A stretch of 64,000 nt of DNA from the human T2T-CHM13v2.0 reference genome, Homo sapiens. The number at the start of each line of letters is the position of its first letter. The stretch's first letter is position 1. The notes under the pieces are model-generated. The model was not told where the DNA came from, did not search any database, and saw nothing but the letters and a program-made list of their open reading frames with translations. This document shows positions 45,364 to 59,325 of this stretch, piece by piece. A program made the position numbers and the translations under genes. Location of the stretch: NCBI RefSeq assembly GCF_009914755.1, contig NC_060938.1; one strand, written 5' to 3'.

Positions 45364-47885
45364 ACAATCTTTTCTGTTCCCAGATTGATTAGTTCTCTGC
45401 CTATGTTTGCTACAAAATTGATTCATATTGTGAAGAAATGGGCTCTACCATGTTTCCTTCATGAGCAGTGTGTATTCTATATGAATCTACTCCCAGTGCA
45501 AGGAACACTAGTCAATTTTTGGCATGAGGTAAAGGAGAAAGGGGTAGAGTCTTAGAGCAGGTAGAGGGAGAATGGACAGGCTCCCCCACCCTCCCCATGC
45601 TACATAGCTCTGATCTTTGCCCACTCGCATCAACTACTATTGAGTCTCCAAAATTCTCCTTCTCTACTTTATCCCTGCTTCTTCGGTTGGAATGGGAAGT
45701 AGCAACATGATGTCATTGTGATATCATTACTTGAGGAAGAGATGCCTTTGGACGTTGGCTCTGGGTTTTAACATCACTTAATTTTTTACTTCTCTGTAGT
45801 TTGAGATGGTACAGAGGAGAAGGAGGATCTTTAAATTCATCACTTATTACATAGAGGAGGCAGATCTTTAAATTTGTCACTTATTACATAAGCTCTTCTG
45901 TATTACGATTTATTTCTAATCTGTAGTCAATGCTTCATTTGTTGTAGGTAGATTTAAATGCAATAATGTTTCTGAACATCTTAGAAAATTTTTACACTGT
46001 CCTTGGGAGTTATAATGGAATTTAACTTGTATGACCAAGTGCCATTTATATTAAGTTTATAAAGACAGAGCGAGTGCAAACACTTGTCTTGGGTTTAAGG
46101 CCTTTCTTGGTTTCCTGTGTTCCTTTAATACACTGCAATATTCTGCAAGATTGTCCGGCAAAACTTGCTTCATACTTTGCTAGAATGAAGAAAAAGTGGC
46201 TTCGTAGTTGTTTGCCATCAGGTCAGCCAATTTTACAAATTCTGGAAACTCATTGTTGTTTTAAAATTAATTTTGTCATTTAAAGAATAATTTCTGATCA
46301 ACTCTGTACATTTTACTTCAGTGTTCAGCACCCCTAAGATTGTACTCAATGCCCCACTGCCTCCAGAAGTGTCTTTTCTACATTGTCTGCTGTTGTACTA
46401 AGTCAATTACCAAGTTGTCTTTTCTCATTTATATAAAGCCATTAAACCAATGTCCTGTCCTGTGCAGATACAATAAGCAGTCACTGACAGTTTTCCACTT
46501 AATTACATGCTTCACTGGGTGCTTCTTGATTGGAAATGTTTTCTCATAATTTCCACTGTTTTATGCTCATGATCTCATCCTGTAACATAAGGGATGATAA
46601 AAGAAGATCTGATTCAACAAGATGACTTCTCTGGGTAGTAGCTGTACTTGTCACTCCAGTGAAATACTTAACATCCTTGCCCTTTACTTTCGGGCCAGGA
46701 TGTCAGATCTGGATTCTCCCCTGTAGGTTACCGAATCTTCTATTTTTCCAGGAGGGATTACTCAGCCCTTGGGTTATGACTTCTGTGAAAGTCGTTCTTT
46801 AGAAGCCAAACATCTGCTTCAATTGGCCTTTTCTGATGTTTAGGAAAAGCAAAGTGGCAGTGACATTTCTATTCAGGATTTGTTTTTTCAATTTCCTGAC
46901 CTCCTGGTCACTGGAGCATTAAGTAGTGCGCTCCTACAAGCTTTATGACACATCAGGAATCTCCCAAACAGTTTTTAAAAAAAGAATCACAGAAATATCT
47001 TTGCTCAACTAATGTGCTATTTATTGGACCCAGAAACAATTTTAGCTACAGTTGGTCCAATAGATGCTTTGAAATGAAGGTTTTGTTTGAATTCTTGTAT
47101 GACTGAACTCTTAGACCTTGACCTTTTGACCCGATAGTCATGTTATCACCATGGAGTGATAAACATGAGCAGCCAGTTTGCCCTCGTGAGGAAGAAACTA
47201 TCTGTTGGGCTCAGCATTCGCTTTTTGCCTCCCAAATTCTTTCTCCATAAGAGCTGGATAAAATAGCATATATATTTATTTCATTTGAAGTGTTAGGTCT
47301 GTTAAAATACAATCACTCTAAGAAGAAGTAACAACTTAGGACTCATTTTATTAATCACTAATTTGTTAATCATGTATATAATGCCATCTGTGTAAAAATG
47401 TTAGAACTCAGAGGAACCTCAGAGAATTACGTTGTTCAAATTTTCTTCTTTTGCAAACAAAGAAAATGAGGCACAGAGGTGAAGTGACTTCTCTTGATGT
47501 TGACTCTTTCTATTAGAACTGGCGTCAGAACACAGATTGTAAGAAGCTTAGTCAAGTGGCGTTTTGATTATACCCAGCTTGTGAGGTTCTTTCATGAGAG
47601 TAAGTTTTAACAGAAAGGGTACAATCCTAAAGGTGCTAGGGAAAGAAAAGAAGCTCAACCTGAGGAGCAAAGGAGGCTGGAGAAGGGAAGGCTGCGATTA
47701 TTACTATAACAATTTTTTGCGGGGGGCTCGGTTGATAGGGCAGAGTGCTCTTGAGTCTGTTTGTAACCTTGGAAGTATCTGATATTGTCTCAAATGCCTC
47801 AAGCTCAAAAGTATTTGGTTGTTTTTTTAAAGATAGAACCATTTCTTTTTCTTCCTTTTTTTCTCAATTGGATGTTCAAAATTTC
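45364..47885 (-). pseudogene. Fossil ZNF862-like hAT module M3 with long C-terminal tail
   Basis: Acceptor attttag|g at 47885. In order: EKKRKKK, NCYSNNRSLPFSSL, FYTDG, YFFLE*L, SPTDS..WLL, AH*LS (RW site), VRKLKKQILNRNVTATLLFL..F*RTTFTEV, HPGPK, EFPEFVKLADLM..YEASF..LNING. Then a ~170-codon polar tail with few stops and donor tgt|gtaaga at 45364. Confidence 0.75.
47395..47580 (-). mobile_element. MIR3/MIRc inserted in module M3
   Basis: ttagaact.agaggaacctcagaga..gaaaatgaggcacagagg..aagtgactt. Confidence 0.65.
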
Positions 47886-50247
47886 CTAAAATAATTTATA
47901 TATCAAAATAGATAAAATGTTTTGTGCTTCTACAACATAGAAGACTGCATTGTGTCTAATCAAGTCTCCTGGACTTTGGGTAATGTGGGGAATAGGGAGT
48001 AGTCTGGGTGAAGTCAGGGAAGGAGCAATTAGGTTTAGTCACAGTAATGAGTAAGTAAAGAGGAACCTGAGCTTGTTCTTAAAGGCCAGGAAGAATTGGG
48101 CAGATTAAGAAGAGCTGACAGAATCAAGGTGCTCATTAAAGTCACGCATTTAGAAATGAGCCTTGGCTCTCTCACTACTAACCAGAGTCTTGGAGGTTAG
48201 TGGGAGAGGGGCTTGGTGAGTGTGAGTGGACCTTGACTGGGAACCTCGTAAGGTGCCCCACTGTAACTAAAATCAATTCCACAGTAGGTTCCTAAATAGA
48301 GAATGGCTTTGAGAATGTAGCACTGTAGGAAGTTCAGTCAGATATTCTAGATGGATTGGACCGAGTGGAAGCAATGAGAAGAGGATGCTAGAATACCCAA
48401 GACAGGAGGTGATAACCTAGCGTCCCTGTGAGGGGGAGGAACGAATCTGTGAGAGAAACCTAAAAAAAGCATGGATTGTCCTCAGGACTGATTTCATGCA
48501 GGAGAACGTGGGACGCACAACTTCAAGTTTTCAAGTTGGGGAGAAGACTGATGTCAGTGATGAATCTTATAAACGTTGGATAAAAATATAACAGCAGACG
48601 GTGGAAAGTTGAATCTTAGGGATGAAGGGAAGGGAAAAGTTAACTGTGATGAGTGTGGCTCTTTCTCAACTTTGGTGTTCACCCTCTGATTTGTTTGTCA
48701 TCCTTTCTGGCTGGGCTGGGATCATGTTGGGAGTTGAGGACCATATTCCATTTCTCTATTCCCAGCACACATCATGGAGGCACATATTAGGAAACCTGGG
48801 TACCTAGGGGAATGGTAATATTATAAACAAAAAGTGGGGGCTTTAGATGGGAAAGGAATAAAATGTAGAAATTCTATGTTTATGGAAATGGCAGGAACCT
48901 CATACAGGAATGTCTTAGCTATGGTTGGAAATACTGAATCTTGAGTAATGTCAAGCCCAGTGATAATTATGATTGACTGAATGGAATTTAGGATTGAAGT
49001 TTGAAGACTGGATGAAATCTCTGAGAATGGAGAGTTAGGGAGGGAAGGGTGGAAGGTTTGAATATAAACTGTCAGCTCCCACAGGAATGCTGTCTGAAAA
49101 AAAAGAAACTACTATATATGTAAATCTATTGTTTACTATTGAGTTTAGGAACTTATGTTTGCCTAGCAAGTTTGAATGATCCTCTAATTTCTTTGATATA
49201 TATTTTTTCTTCATGTCTCTTTTCAAAAAGCAAAGGATAGCATCTCAGCTAGGTCAAGAGGGGGAAGAGAAAGACCAAGAAACTTAGTTCCATGCTGTCC
49301 TTAGTGAGGTCTATAAATCTTGAGGCATCAGTACTCAGGGGAGGACTTGGAGATTAATGAAAAGATAATGAAAGTGGTAAATATCCAAAAGCTAAGGAAA
49401 TAAAACAAAATTGCACAAGAAACCTTCAGAGTCAAAGTTATGTGGAGTTACCTATAAAGGACAGAATTTTTATTATTATTTTTTATTAATAATATATGAA
49501 GAAAGAGCAAGGCCAACAGAACATGAGAGTGGATTATGGGAAAATGTGGTTGGAATGTCTAGGAGATAAAATTATCTTTTCATTACCGCATTTAAAAAAG
49601 ATGAGCATTTCCAAGGCTGAATTATGTTCTGTTTTTCTAGGGAATTATATTGTTAAATGCCCATTATAGCTTATTTCTTGATATTAATGTACTTGCTAGG
49701 CCTGGTGGATCATGGCTGAGGACTTGGCCACACAAATCAAAAAGTATTCAGAAAGGGTGGGGTTGCCTTGCGCTCTACAAGTGTCTTTCAAAACCATGCG
49801 CTTCTGATTCACCTGGAGCCCAGACCCCTTCCCAGGTCTGTGGTGACATGACCAGAATGAGAAGTGAGGGCCAATGGAGTGGTGAGAAATGTGGCCGGGG
49901 GCATAGCAGTGACCAGATCATGTAGTTCTTCGCTGTGAACCTTTTTAAAGGAGTTTGGAATTTCCTAAGCAAGTAATGTGATCCAGCCTCTGTTTTAGAA
50001 GATTTCAGTCTCTGGCTGGCTCAAGTATGGTCATTGAATTAGTACAAACAGTGGTGGAACGGAGACAAGTAATATAGAAAATAGAACTAACATGGAGGCA
50101 GTGAGGATGGAGAGAAGTGGGCAGATTTAGGAGCTGTATAGAATCACAGGGGTGGGTGAAGGGTTGGGTGTGAAATGGGAGTCAAGAGCAATTCCAATTC
50201 CTAGACCTCTCTTGGCCTTGAGCAGGTGGTTAGGTGGTGGTGCTGTT

Positions 50248-50995
50248 TAAAAATTTTGGGCAAAATACACATAACAAAATTGACGATCTTAACCATTTCA
50301 GTATAGTGAAATATAATTCAGTAGTATTTCAGTACATTCACATTGTTGTGCAACCAATCTCCAGAACTCTTTTCATCTTGCAAAACTGAAACTCTGTACC
50401 CATCAAACAACAACTTCCCATTCCCTGCTCCTCCTATCCTATCCACCATTCCTCATTCTGTTTTTTTGAATTTGTTTAATCTAGGTTCTTTGTATAAGTG
50501 AAATCATACAGTACTTGTCTTTTTGTGACTGGCTTATTTTAGTCTGCACGATGTCCTCAAGATTCATTCATGTTGTAGCATGTGTCAGAATGTCCTTCCT
50601 TTTTGAAGTGGAAACGTATTTCGTTATTTGTGTATTCCACATTTTGTTTATCCATTCATGCATTGATGGACACTTGCTTTCTTCTACCTTTTAGACACGG
50701 TGAATATAACTTCTATGGTCATGGGTGTATAAATACCTCTTTGAGATGTGGCTTTCAATTCCCAGAAGTGGAGTTGCTGGATAATATGGGAATCCTATTT
50801 TAAATTTATTGAGGAACTACTATATTGTTTTCAATAGCAGCTGCATCATGTTACATTTCTACCAACAGTGCTCAAGAGTTCCAATTTCTCCACATCTTCA
50901 CCAACACTATTTTTTTCTATTATCTTTCTTTTCTCTTTTTTTAAATAATAGTAGCTATCCTAATGAGTGTGAAATGCTATCTCATTGTAGTTCTG
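50248..50995 (-). mobile_element. L1MB-type 3' end
   Basis: aaaatacacataacaaaatt..cttaaccattt..caaaactgaaactctgtaccc. Confidence 0.8.
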
Positions 50996-51189
50996 GGATG
51001 TTTCTATTTTTGGAGTTTGATGTCTTGTAAAAGATATGAGTAATACATAGGTGATAATTAAATTAATTCTTATTAAATAAGTTTTTATTAAATGATTGTA
51101 TTAAACTAATATATTAATAAATATATTAAATAAATTAATTTAAAAATTGCTCTGTGAAGTTGAAATAATAAGAGAGAAGGCAAAAGGGT

Positions 51190-53440
51190 AATGACATAGC
51201 TTTTAAATCTCCTTGAATTCCACTCAAAAGTGGGCAATAAAGGTAGATAACAAAACCACTACTACCACCACCAATAACAAAAAATATGGAAACCTCTACA
51301 AAAATAAGAGGAGTGAGATACCCCATGAATTCAAAAATACAAAAAGCAAACCAATAATAGCAACAAGAAGGATGCTGTCTAAACAACTGTGTTGGAGAAA
51401 GTGGGGTAGGCAGAGGGAGAGCCAACAAAGTCAAAAATAAACAGGCTCCCTTTCAATGAGGGGAGTGCAACTGGCTTTTCTGAGAACAGTATCAAAAACT
51501 GGGAGGGGGCTTTGTTGTACTAATGTCCCAGCGAGTGTGAGGGGGCTAAAGGAAGGATACATGCTTAAGAAGTTATGGGGAGTTTCGGGTCCTAGGAACT
51601 CTCAAAATTAACAGACAAAAGTGTCCTTTCTGGACATAGACCTTCGCTGAAGACCAACTGTTGGGAGTAGGATCCAGATTGAGCAGTGCATGGGTTCTAG
51701 GAGCAGAGGAAAGACAAAATCTAGGAAAAGAATAAGGAAAAGGGACAGAGGAGCAGTGAGTATGAGAACCTATTTGCTGACATTCTTAACAGCAACACAA
51801 AAGAAAGCCCTAGAGTCATGAAGGCATGAAAGTCACCCTAAGCCCCCACTGACCTAGCACATAGAAACACCTAAAAGGACAGGGGGACCCATCTCACTTA
51901 AAGATGAAGCCACAGCAGAAGACATGAGTCACATCCCACACAGATTCATTACAAGATAAAGAGAATATGGAAGCAGAGCAACATTTTTATAGCAATCAGG
52001 TAAAAACCATTAACTAGTGTTTCAAAAACCATCTCAAAGAAATATAAATATTTTTAGAAACTATGAAGAACATCATAAATTAGAAAAACTAAGTGACAAA
52101 ATGATTGGATGAAAGGAAGATTTGAAAGGAGAACTGGCCACACTAAAAATATAACAAAGGGGAAAAAACCCATTTTAGAACTAGACACTACTTAGAAGGA
52201 ATTGCAGATAACAGCGTGGATACTATGAGACCAATAGATAATGGAAAGCAGAAAAATAGAAAAGATTAAACATTTGAAAACAAAAATAAAATGACTTCAA
52301 AGAAAGTTACAGGTATATAAGGTAGACAAAAATATATAATATATTTGAGTCCCCACAAAGAAAAGCAATGTGACAAAATAATACTAAGAGCTATGTTTCA
52401 AGAATAGTTTCCTGAAGTAAAAAAGGTCTTGAAGCAACTCTATGTTTATAAGAAAATTGTCTCAGAACAGCTGACACTGACACATATTCTAATAAACCAA
52501 GTAGGCGAATCAGAAAAAGAAAAAAAACTTAAAGTTTTTGGCCAGGTGCGGTGTCTCACATCTCTAATCCCAGCACTTTGGGAGGCCAAGGTGGGTGGAT
52601 CACAAGGTCAGGAGTTTGAGGCCAGCCTGGCCAAGATGGTGAAACCCTGTCTCTACTAAAAACACAAAAATTAGCTGGGCATGGTGGCGCAGCTGTAGTT
52701 CCAGTTACTCGGGAGGCTGAGGCAGAAGAATTGCTGGATTGGGGATATGGAGGTTGCAGTGAGCCAAGATCACACCACTGCACTTCAGCCTGGGTGACAG
52801 CGAGATTTGGTCTCAAAAAAAAAAAAAAAGAATTCGAAGAAAAAAACAAACTGAGTTTTCAGGTGAAACATTCAGGTCACTTATAAGAGGAAAAAAGTCA
52901 TAGTTAAAACAACTTTTTTTTTTTTTTTAAACAGCAATGGTTTATGCTAAAATAGTAACACCTACTAAAGTAAAAAAAAAATGTAAGTTTTATATCCTGT
53001 CAAACTGACTGTCAAGCATAAAGGTGCTCTTATGAACATGCTCAAGAGGATATTGTTTCTAACATTCCTTCCTGAGAAATCTTCAAACAACAAAAGTGAC
53101 TACAAAGTATTGACTATTTATCTATGAGCACTGAATATACATTTACTTGTAAAACTGAGGCTAAATGACAGATGTAAGGGAAACAGTATAGTACATGACA
53201 ACTGTGTTCTGACACTGTAGATAAAAATGACTCTGAAAAATGGCAGGAGAGGAATGGGGCACATTTATAAAATATAATATAAACTCTCTGGTGGGCTTAT
53301 TGGTAATAAAGTAAAATGTTACTTAAAATTTGATGTTAGGGGAGAGGAAGAGGAAGAGATACAAAAGATAACTAGCTATTTTCAGTGTTGTTCATAGTAG
53401 GGAACAAACAGAAAGCTCCTGAAAATGAGGAGACTACAAT
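51190..53440 (+). mobile_element. HAL1-like (ORF1-only L1 derivative) element
   Basis: Degenerate ORF1-like segments (tttcctgaagtaaaa, gacacatattcta, caggtcacttataa, ttttatatcc..caaactgac) run into a 3'UTR with no ORF2. Confidence 0.55.
52540..52829 (+). mobile_element. AluSg-like
   Basis: ggatcac-aaggtcaggagttt, ccaagatgg, poly(A). Confidence 0.9.
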
Positions 53441-53446
53441 GAACAT

Positions 53447-55365
53447 TCATGTGCATGTGTCTTTATGGTAGAGTAATTTATATTCCTCTGGGTATATACC
53501 CAATAATAGGATTGCTGGGCTGAATGGTAGTTCTGCTTTTAGCTCTTTGAGGAATTGCCACACTGCTTTCCACAATGGTTGAACTAATTTACACTCCCAC
53601 CAACAGTGTATGTGTTTCCTTTTCTCCACAACCTCCCCAGTATCTATTATTTTTTGACTTTTTAATAATAGTCATTCTGACTGGCGTGAGATGGTATCTT
53701 ATTGTGGTTTTGATTTGCATTTCTCTAATGATCAGTGATATGGAGCTTTTTTTCATATGCTTGTTAGCTGCATGAATGTTTTCTTTTGAAAAATATCTGT
53801 TCATATCCTCTGCCCACTTTTTAATGAGGTTATTTTTCTCTTGTAAATTTGTTTAAGTTCCTTATAGACAGTGGATATTAAACTTTTGTCAGATGCATAG
53901 TTTGCAAATATTTTTCTCTCATTCTGTCTTATCCATCAATGACAGAGTGGATAAAGCAAATGCAGTACATACACACAATGGAATACTATGCAGCCATAAA
54001 AAAGAACAAGGCATGTCTTTTGCAGGAGCATAGATGGAGCTGGATGCTCTTATCCTTAGCAAGCTAATGCAGGAACAGAAAACCAAATATTGCATGTTCT
54101 TACTTAGAAGTGGGAGCTAAATGATGAGAACTTATGCATGCAAAGAAGAGAACAACAGACACTGGGGTCTATGTTACAGGAAGTCAGGGACCCCAAATGG
54201 AGGGAGCAGCTGGAGCTGTGGCAGAGGAACATAAACTGTGAAGATTTCATCTTAAAATGGACATTTATCAGTTCTCAAATAATACTTCTATAATTTCTTA
54301 TGCCTGTCTTTAATCTCTTACTCCTGTTATCTTCGTAAACTGAGGATATACTTCACCTCAGGACCACTGTTGATAATTGTATTAACTGTACAAATTGATT
54401 GTAAAACATGTGTGTTTGAACAATATGAAATCAGTGCACCTTGAAAAAGAACAGAATAATAGCGATTTTTATGGAATAAGGGAAGACAGCCATAAGGTCT
54501 GACTGCCTACAAGGTTGGGCAAAAAGAGCCATATTTTTCTTCTTGCAGAGAGCCTATAAACAGACATGCAAGTAGGAAACATATCGCTAAATTCTTTTCC
54601 TAGCAAGGAATATTAAGATTAATACCCTGAGAAAAGAATGCGTTCCTGGGGGGAGGTCTATAAACGGCCACTCTGGGAATGTCTGTCTTGTGCAGTTGAG
54701 ATAAGGACTGAGATAAGCCCTGGTCTCTTGCAGAACCCTCAGGCTTACTAGGATTGGGAAAACTCAGCCCTGGTAAATTTGTGGTCAGACTGGTTCTCTG
54801 TTCTCGAACCCTGTTTTCTGTTGTTTAAGATGTTTACCAAGACAATACATGCACCACTGAACAAAGACCCTTATCAGTGGTTCTGCTTCTGCCCTGTGCC
54901 CTGTCGTCTTTCTTGAACCCTTATCAGTGGTTCTTCTTTTTGCTCATTGAAGCATGTGATCTTTGTACCTACTACTCTGTTCTTACACCCCCTCCCCTTT
55001 TGAAACCTTTAATAAAAACCTGCTGGTCTGAGACTCAGGTGGGCATCATGGTCCTACTGATATGTGATGTCATCCCTGGCGGCCCAGCTTTTAAATTCCT
55101 CTCTTTATACTGTCTCTCTTTATTTCTCAGCTGGCTGACACTTATGGAAAATAGAACCTACGTTGAAATACTGGGGGCGGGTTCCCCCAGTAGGTCTACT
55201 CGAGGGTGTAGGGTGGGAAGAGGAAGAGGGGAAGAAAAGATAACTATTGGGTACTTGGCTTAATATCTGGGTGCTAAAATAATCTGTACAACAAACCGCC
55301 ATGACACAAGTTTACCTATGTAGCAAACCTTCACATGTACCCCTGAACCTAAATTTTTTAAAAAA
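53447..55365 (+). mobile_element. 5'-inverted (twin-primed) L1PB/L1PA15-type 3' end, split by MER11A
   Basis: 53447-53927 is antisense ORF2 end. 53930-54171 and 55193-55365 are sense. Confidence 0.8.
54172..55192 (+). mobile_element. MER11A-like solo LTR
   Basis: Complete LTR with canonical 6-bp TSD GGTCTA. Confidence 0.9.
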
Positions 55366-55553
55366 GCAGACAAATGAAATTATATATATTTTTATGCATT
55401 TTCTTGTAGGAAATAATGCCTTTTTCTTATCTAACTTTGCTCTGGAAGCAGCAATAACAAGAGTGATCTGGACTGGAGGATCAGTATCCCCTTTCCTCCC
55501 TAGTTTATAGTACATATTGAATGTTTCCCTGTGCCTTAATTTGGTTTGGTTAG

Positions 55554-56025
55554 TTGGTACATGGAATAATGTCTCTTACTCCAAAAGATATTTGTGTCCT
55601 AATTCCTGGGACCTGTGAATATTTTAGGCTACATGACATAGAGTTAAGGTTGCTAATCAGCTGACTTTAAAATAGGGAGATTATCTAGGATTATCCACGT
55701 AGACCCCAGGTAATTACAAGGATTCTTAAAAGGGGAAGATCAGAGGTAGAAAAGAACAGAGATATGGCAATCCGAGAAAGACCTGGCCCGAAGTTGCTGG
55801 CTTTGAAGATGGAAGAAGAGGACTATGAGCCAATGAACAAGGGCAGCCTTAAAACATGGAAAGGGAAAAAAATGGATTCCCCCTAGAGGCACTTGAAGAA
55901 GTGCAGCCTTAACAACATTTGCAGTTCAGCCTAGTGAGACCCATTTTGGACTTCTTAATTACAGAACTGTAAGATAGCAAAGTTGTGTTGCTCCAACATT
56001 CCAGCAGTCATAGAAAATGGATATA
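55554..56025 (+). mobile_element. MLT1D MaLR LTR
   Basis: ttaaggttgctaatcagctgac..atagggagattatc. TSD GTTAG. Confidence 0.85.
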
Positions 56026-56904
56026 GTTAGTTTGAATATAAATTCATCTTCACGGGGTTTATGATGAATATTGGTGGATTGGTGTTCAAAATCCATTCTA
56101 ACCTCCATCTAGTGCAGCGCAGTGGATAGCAAAATATTTTGGCCTTAGTCCATGTGGCCTATATGATCATTTCATTTCATAATCTAGTTACACACAGACA
56201 CACGCACACCTGAAATAAAAAGCTTTACAAAACAATCCTCCTTTGCTATGTAGGATACAATGATCCATTCTATTCTATTTCCTTAAAAATCAATTGATTT
56301 CATGGCTCATTAAATAAATTGATTTTATGAAATTCAAGTAATTTGCAATGTAGGAGTTGAAAAATGCTCTTCTAATATGCATTCCTGCCTGGTAAAATAT
56401 ATTAGAATGCTAAAATTTTCATTTCCTTGACTCTCTTGATTTAAGGTTCCAGCTATGATTAGATTAGACCAATCAAATGCACTTGCATGAAATTAGAGGC
56501 CACATTTCAATATTTTTTCTATACTTTTGGAAAATAAAGTGCTTAGGAAGCACTAAGTTTTCTTAGGTAGAATTCTTACGACTAATTACTAGTTTTATAG
56601 CCATTGAGAAGTAGGGCTTAGAGTGTAGCTAAGTTGGTTCCTAAAGTCAAATTTCCAGTGGCAGCTTCCTAATTGCCCTGCTTCTTGATTGTATCAAGGG
56701 AAACAATTCCCCTTGAAGGTCAGTTCTGAAGTGGTTTTATGAGAATCATTCTAAACCCAACCTAGACCTACTCCTCTAACTCTACCAGTGATATTGTAAG
56801 CATTCAAATATGGTTTTAAAGAATGTTCTTCTGAAAGTGGTTTCTGTCTTCTGCAAATCAACCCTGACTGTACAGTGTTACAACTCTTTAAGTATAATCA
56901 AGCA

Positions 56905-57486
56905 AGAAGATCAAAGGAAACAATCAACAAAGTGAAAAAGCAACTCACAGAATGGGAAAATGTTTGAAACCATATATCTGATGAGGATTTAAATTCAAAA
57001 CATATAAGGAGTTCATACTAGTGAGTTCAATAGTAAAAAAACAAATAACTGGATTTTAAAAATGGGCAAAGGACCTAAATGAACATTTTCCCAGTGAAGA
57101 CATACAAATAACCAACAGTATATGAAAAGGTGCTTCACATCACTAACCATCAGGAAAATACAAATCAAAACCACAATGAACTACCTATACCTGCTAGGAT
57201 GGCTATTATCCAAAAGCCAAAAAAGTGCTAGTGAGGGTGTAGAGAAAAAGAATACATTGTTGCTGGGAATATTAATTGTTACATTCACTAAGGAAAACAC
57301 TATGAAATCTCCTTAAAAAATTAGAAATAGAACTAACATATGATTCAGCAATCCCACTTCTGAGTATCTATCAAAGGAAATGAAATCAGTATGTCAAAGA
57401 ACTTTCTATCTATCTGCACTTTCATGTTCACTGAAGCATTATTTATAGTAACCAAGATATGGATGATGAGTGGATAAAGAAAATGC

Positions 57487-57531
<45 letters not shown>

Positions 57532-58092
57532 CTATACACATCATAAACCCTGGAATGATGTTCAGCCTAAAAAAATAAAGAAATTCTGCTATTTGTGACA
57601 ACATGGATAAACCTGAAGGATGTTATACTAAGTGGAAGAAGCCAGGCACAGAAAGACAAATACTGCATAATCTCACTGATATTTGGAATCTAAAAAAAGC
57701 CAACTCATGGAAACAGAGTAGAATGGTGGTTACTCAGGGTTGAGGGGTGGGGAAATAGGGAGATATGGGTCAAATGGTATAAACTTCTAGTTGCAAGATC
57801 AATAAATTATAGACCAATAAATATAGATCAACTAAGATCAATAAATATACAGTAGAGTGACCATATTTAATAATATTGTATTGCATACCTGAAACATACT
57901 AAGAGAGTAGATCTAGAGAGTAGATCTTAAGTATTCTCACCACAAAAAATAAAGGTAACCATGTGAGGTGATGGTATGTTAATTAGTTTGATTGTCGAAA
58001 TCATTTCATAAGTTATATGTATATCAAAACATCATGTTGTCCACCTTGAATATACACAATTTCTATTTGTCAGTTGTACTTCAATAAAGCTG
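56905..58092 (+). mobile_element. L1MA9/L1MB-type 3' end containing (CA)n at 57488-57529
   Basis: ORF2 C-terminus remnant and a 3'UTR ending in caataaagctg. Confidence 0.85.
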
Positions 58093-58095
58093 AAT

Positions 58096-58411
<316 letters not shown>

Positions 58412-59025
58412 TGAATTCTTTTTAAAGATGTGGGAAAATTCCATCTACAAATTCTGAGTGTGCCTGGGCCTGAGGTTGTCATGAGGCACAGTCATTCTCA
58501 GAGATGCAGTCTTCGTCTTTCGAGCAACTCTGACTTTGTGTGACTGTAGAGGTTTTGGAAGTGACACTGCCCTTAATAGTCTTCATTCCTTTGTTGAGGA
58601 CCTAAAATCACAGCTGTTAGTTACAGGCCATTAAAAGTGGGTACTATGTATGATATATTTGTTTGAATATATCTAGGATATATATTTTCAATTTTGGGAT
58701 GATTTCTTTTGCATTCTTTAGTCTTTGAGAATTTTAAGGAACAAAGAATTTTAAAAGCACAGGTTGGCTTGATGTGCAAGCATACATACATATGTATATT
58801 CATATTAAGGGAAAATATGAATAACATTTAACTACTGGTATGACCCAGGCACTGACTAATTCAGAACCAAGAGAATGGATGCTAGCCATACACAATCTAG
58901 GTGGCAGAGCTGGCACCCCACAGGCTATTAGCCTTGTTTATTAGTAATATTTTGCTAGTCCAGAAAGAATTAAGTTTGTTTACAAAAATTCAAAAAGATA
59001 AAATAACTGTAAACATGAAAAGGTA

Positions 59026-59325
59026 GGCCGGGCATGGTGGCTCATGCCTGTAATCCCAGCACTTTGGGAGGCCGAAGCAGGAGAATCTTTTGAGCCCAGG
59101 AGTTTGAGACTAGACTGGGCAACGGAGTGAGACCTCATCTCTACAAAAATAAAAATTAAAAAAAATTAGCCAGGTGTGGTGGTGCATGCCTGTAGTCCCA
59201 TCTACTTGGGAGGCTGAAGTGGGAGGCTCACTTGAGCCCAGGAGGTTGAGGATTCAGTCAACTGTGATCACGCCTCTGCATTCAAGCCTGGGAGACAGAG
59301 TGAGACCCTGTCTCAAAAAAAAAGT
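59026..59325 (+). mobile_element. AluJ
   Basis: ttgagcccaggag in both arms; gtgagacc. Confidence 0.9.

Noticed and set aside
46500-46610. Minus-strand acceptor at ~46579 (and ~47298)
   Set aside because: hAT motifs continue upstream through both sites, so they are internal to module M3.
55370-56110. Possible further module fragments around MLT1D
   Set aside because: Only one or two short motif-like words; not distinguishable from chance.
58440-58625. Minus-strand acceptor with actaac branch at 58601 as a separate exon
   Set aside because: The sequence across it reads PVTNSCD/KGMKTIK, continuous hAT dimerisation domain, so the splice-like signal is probably coincidental.
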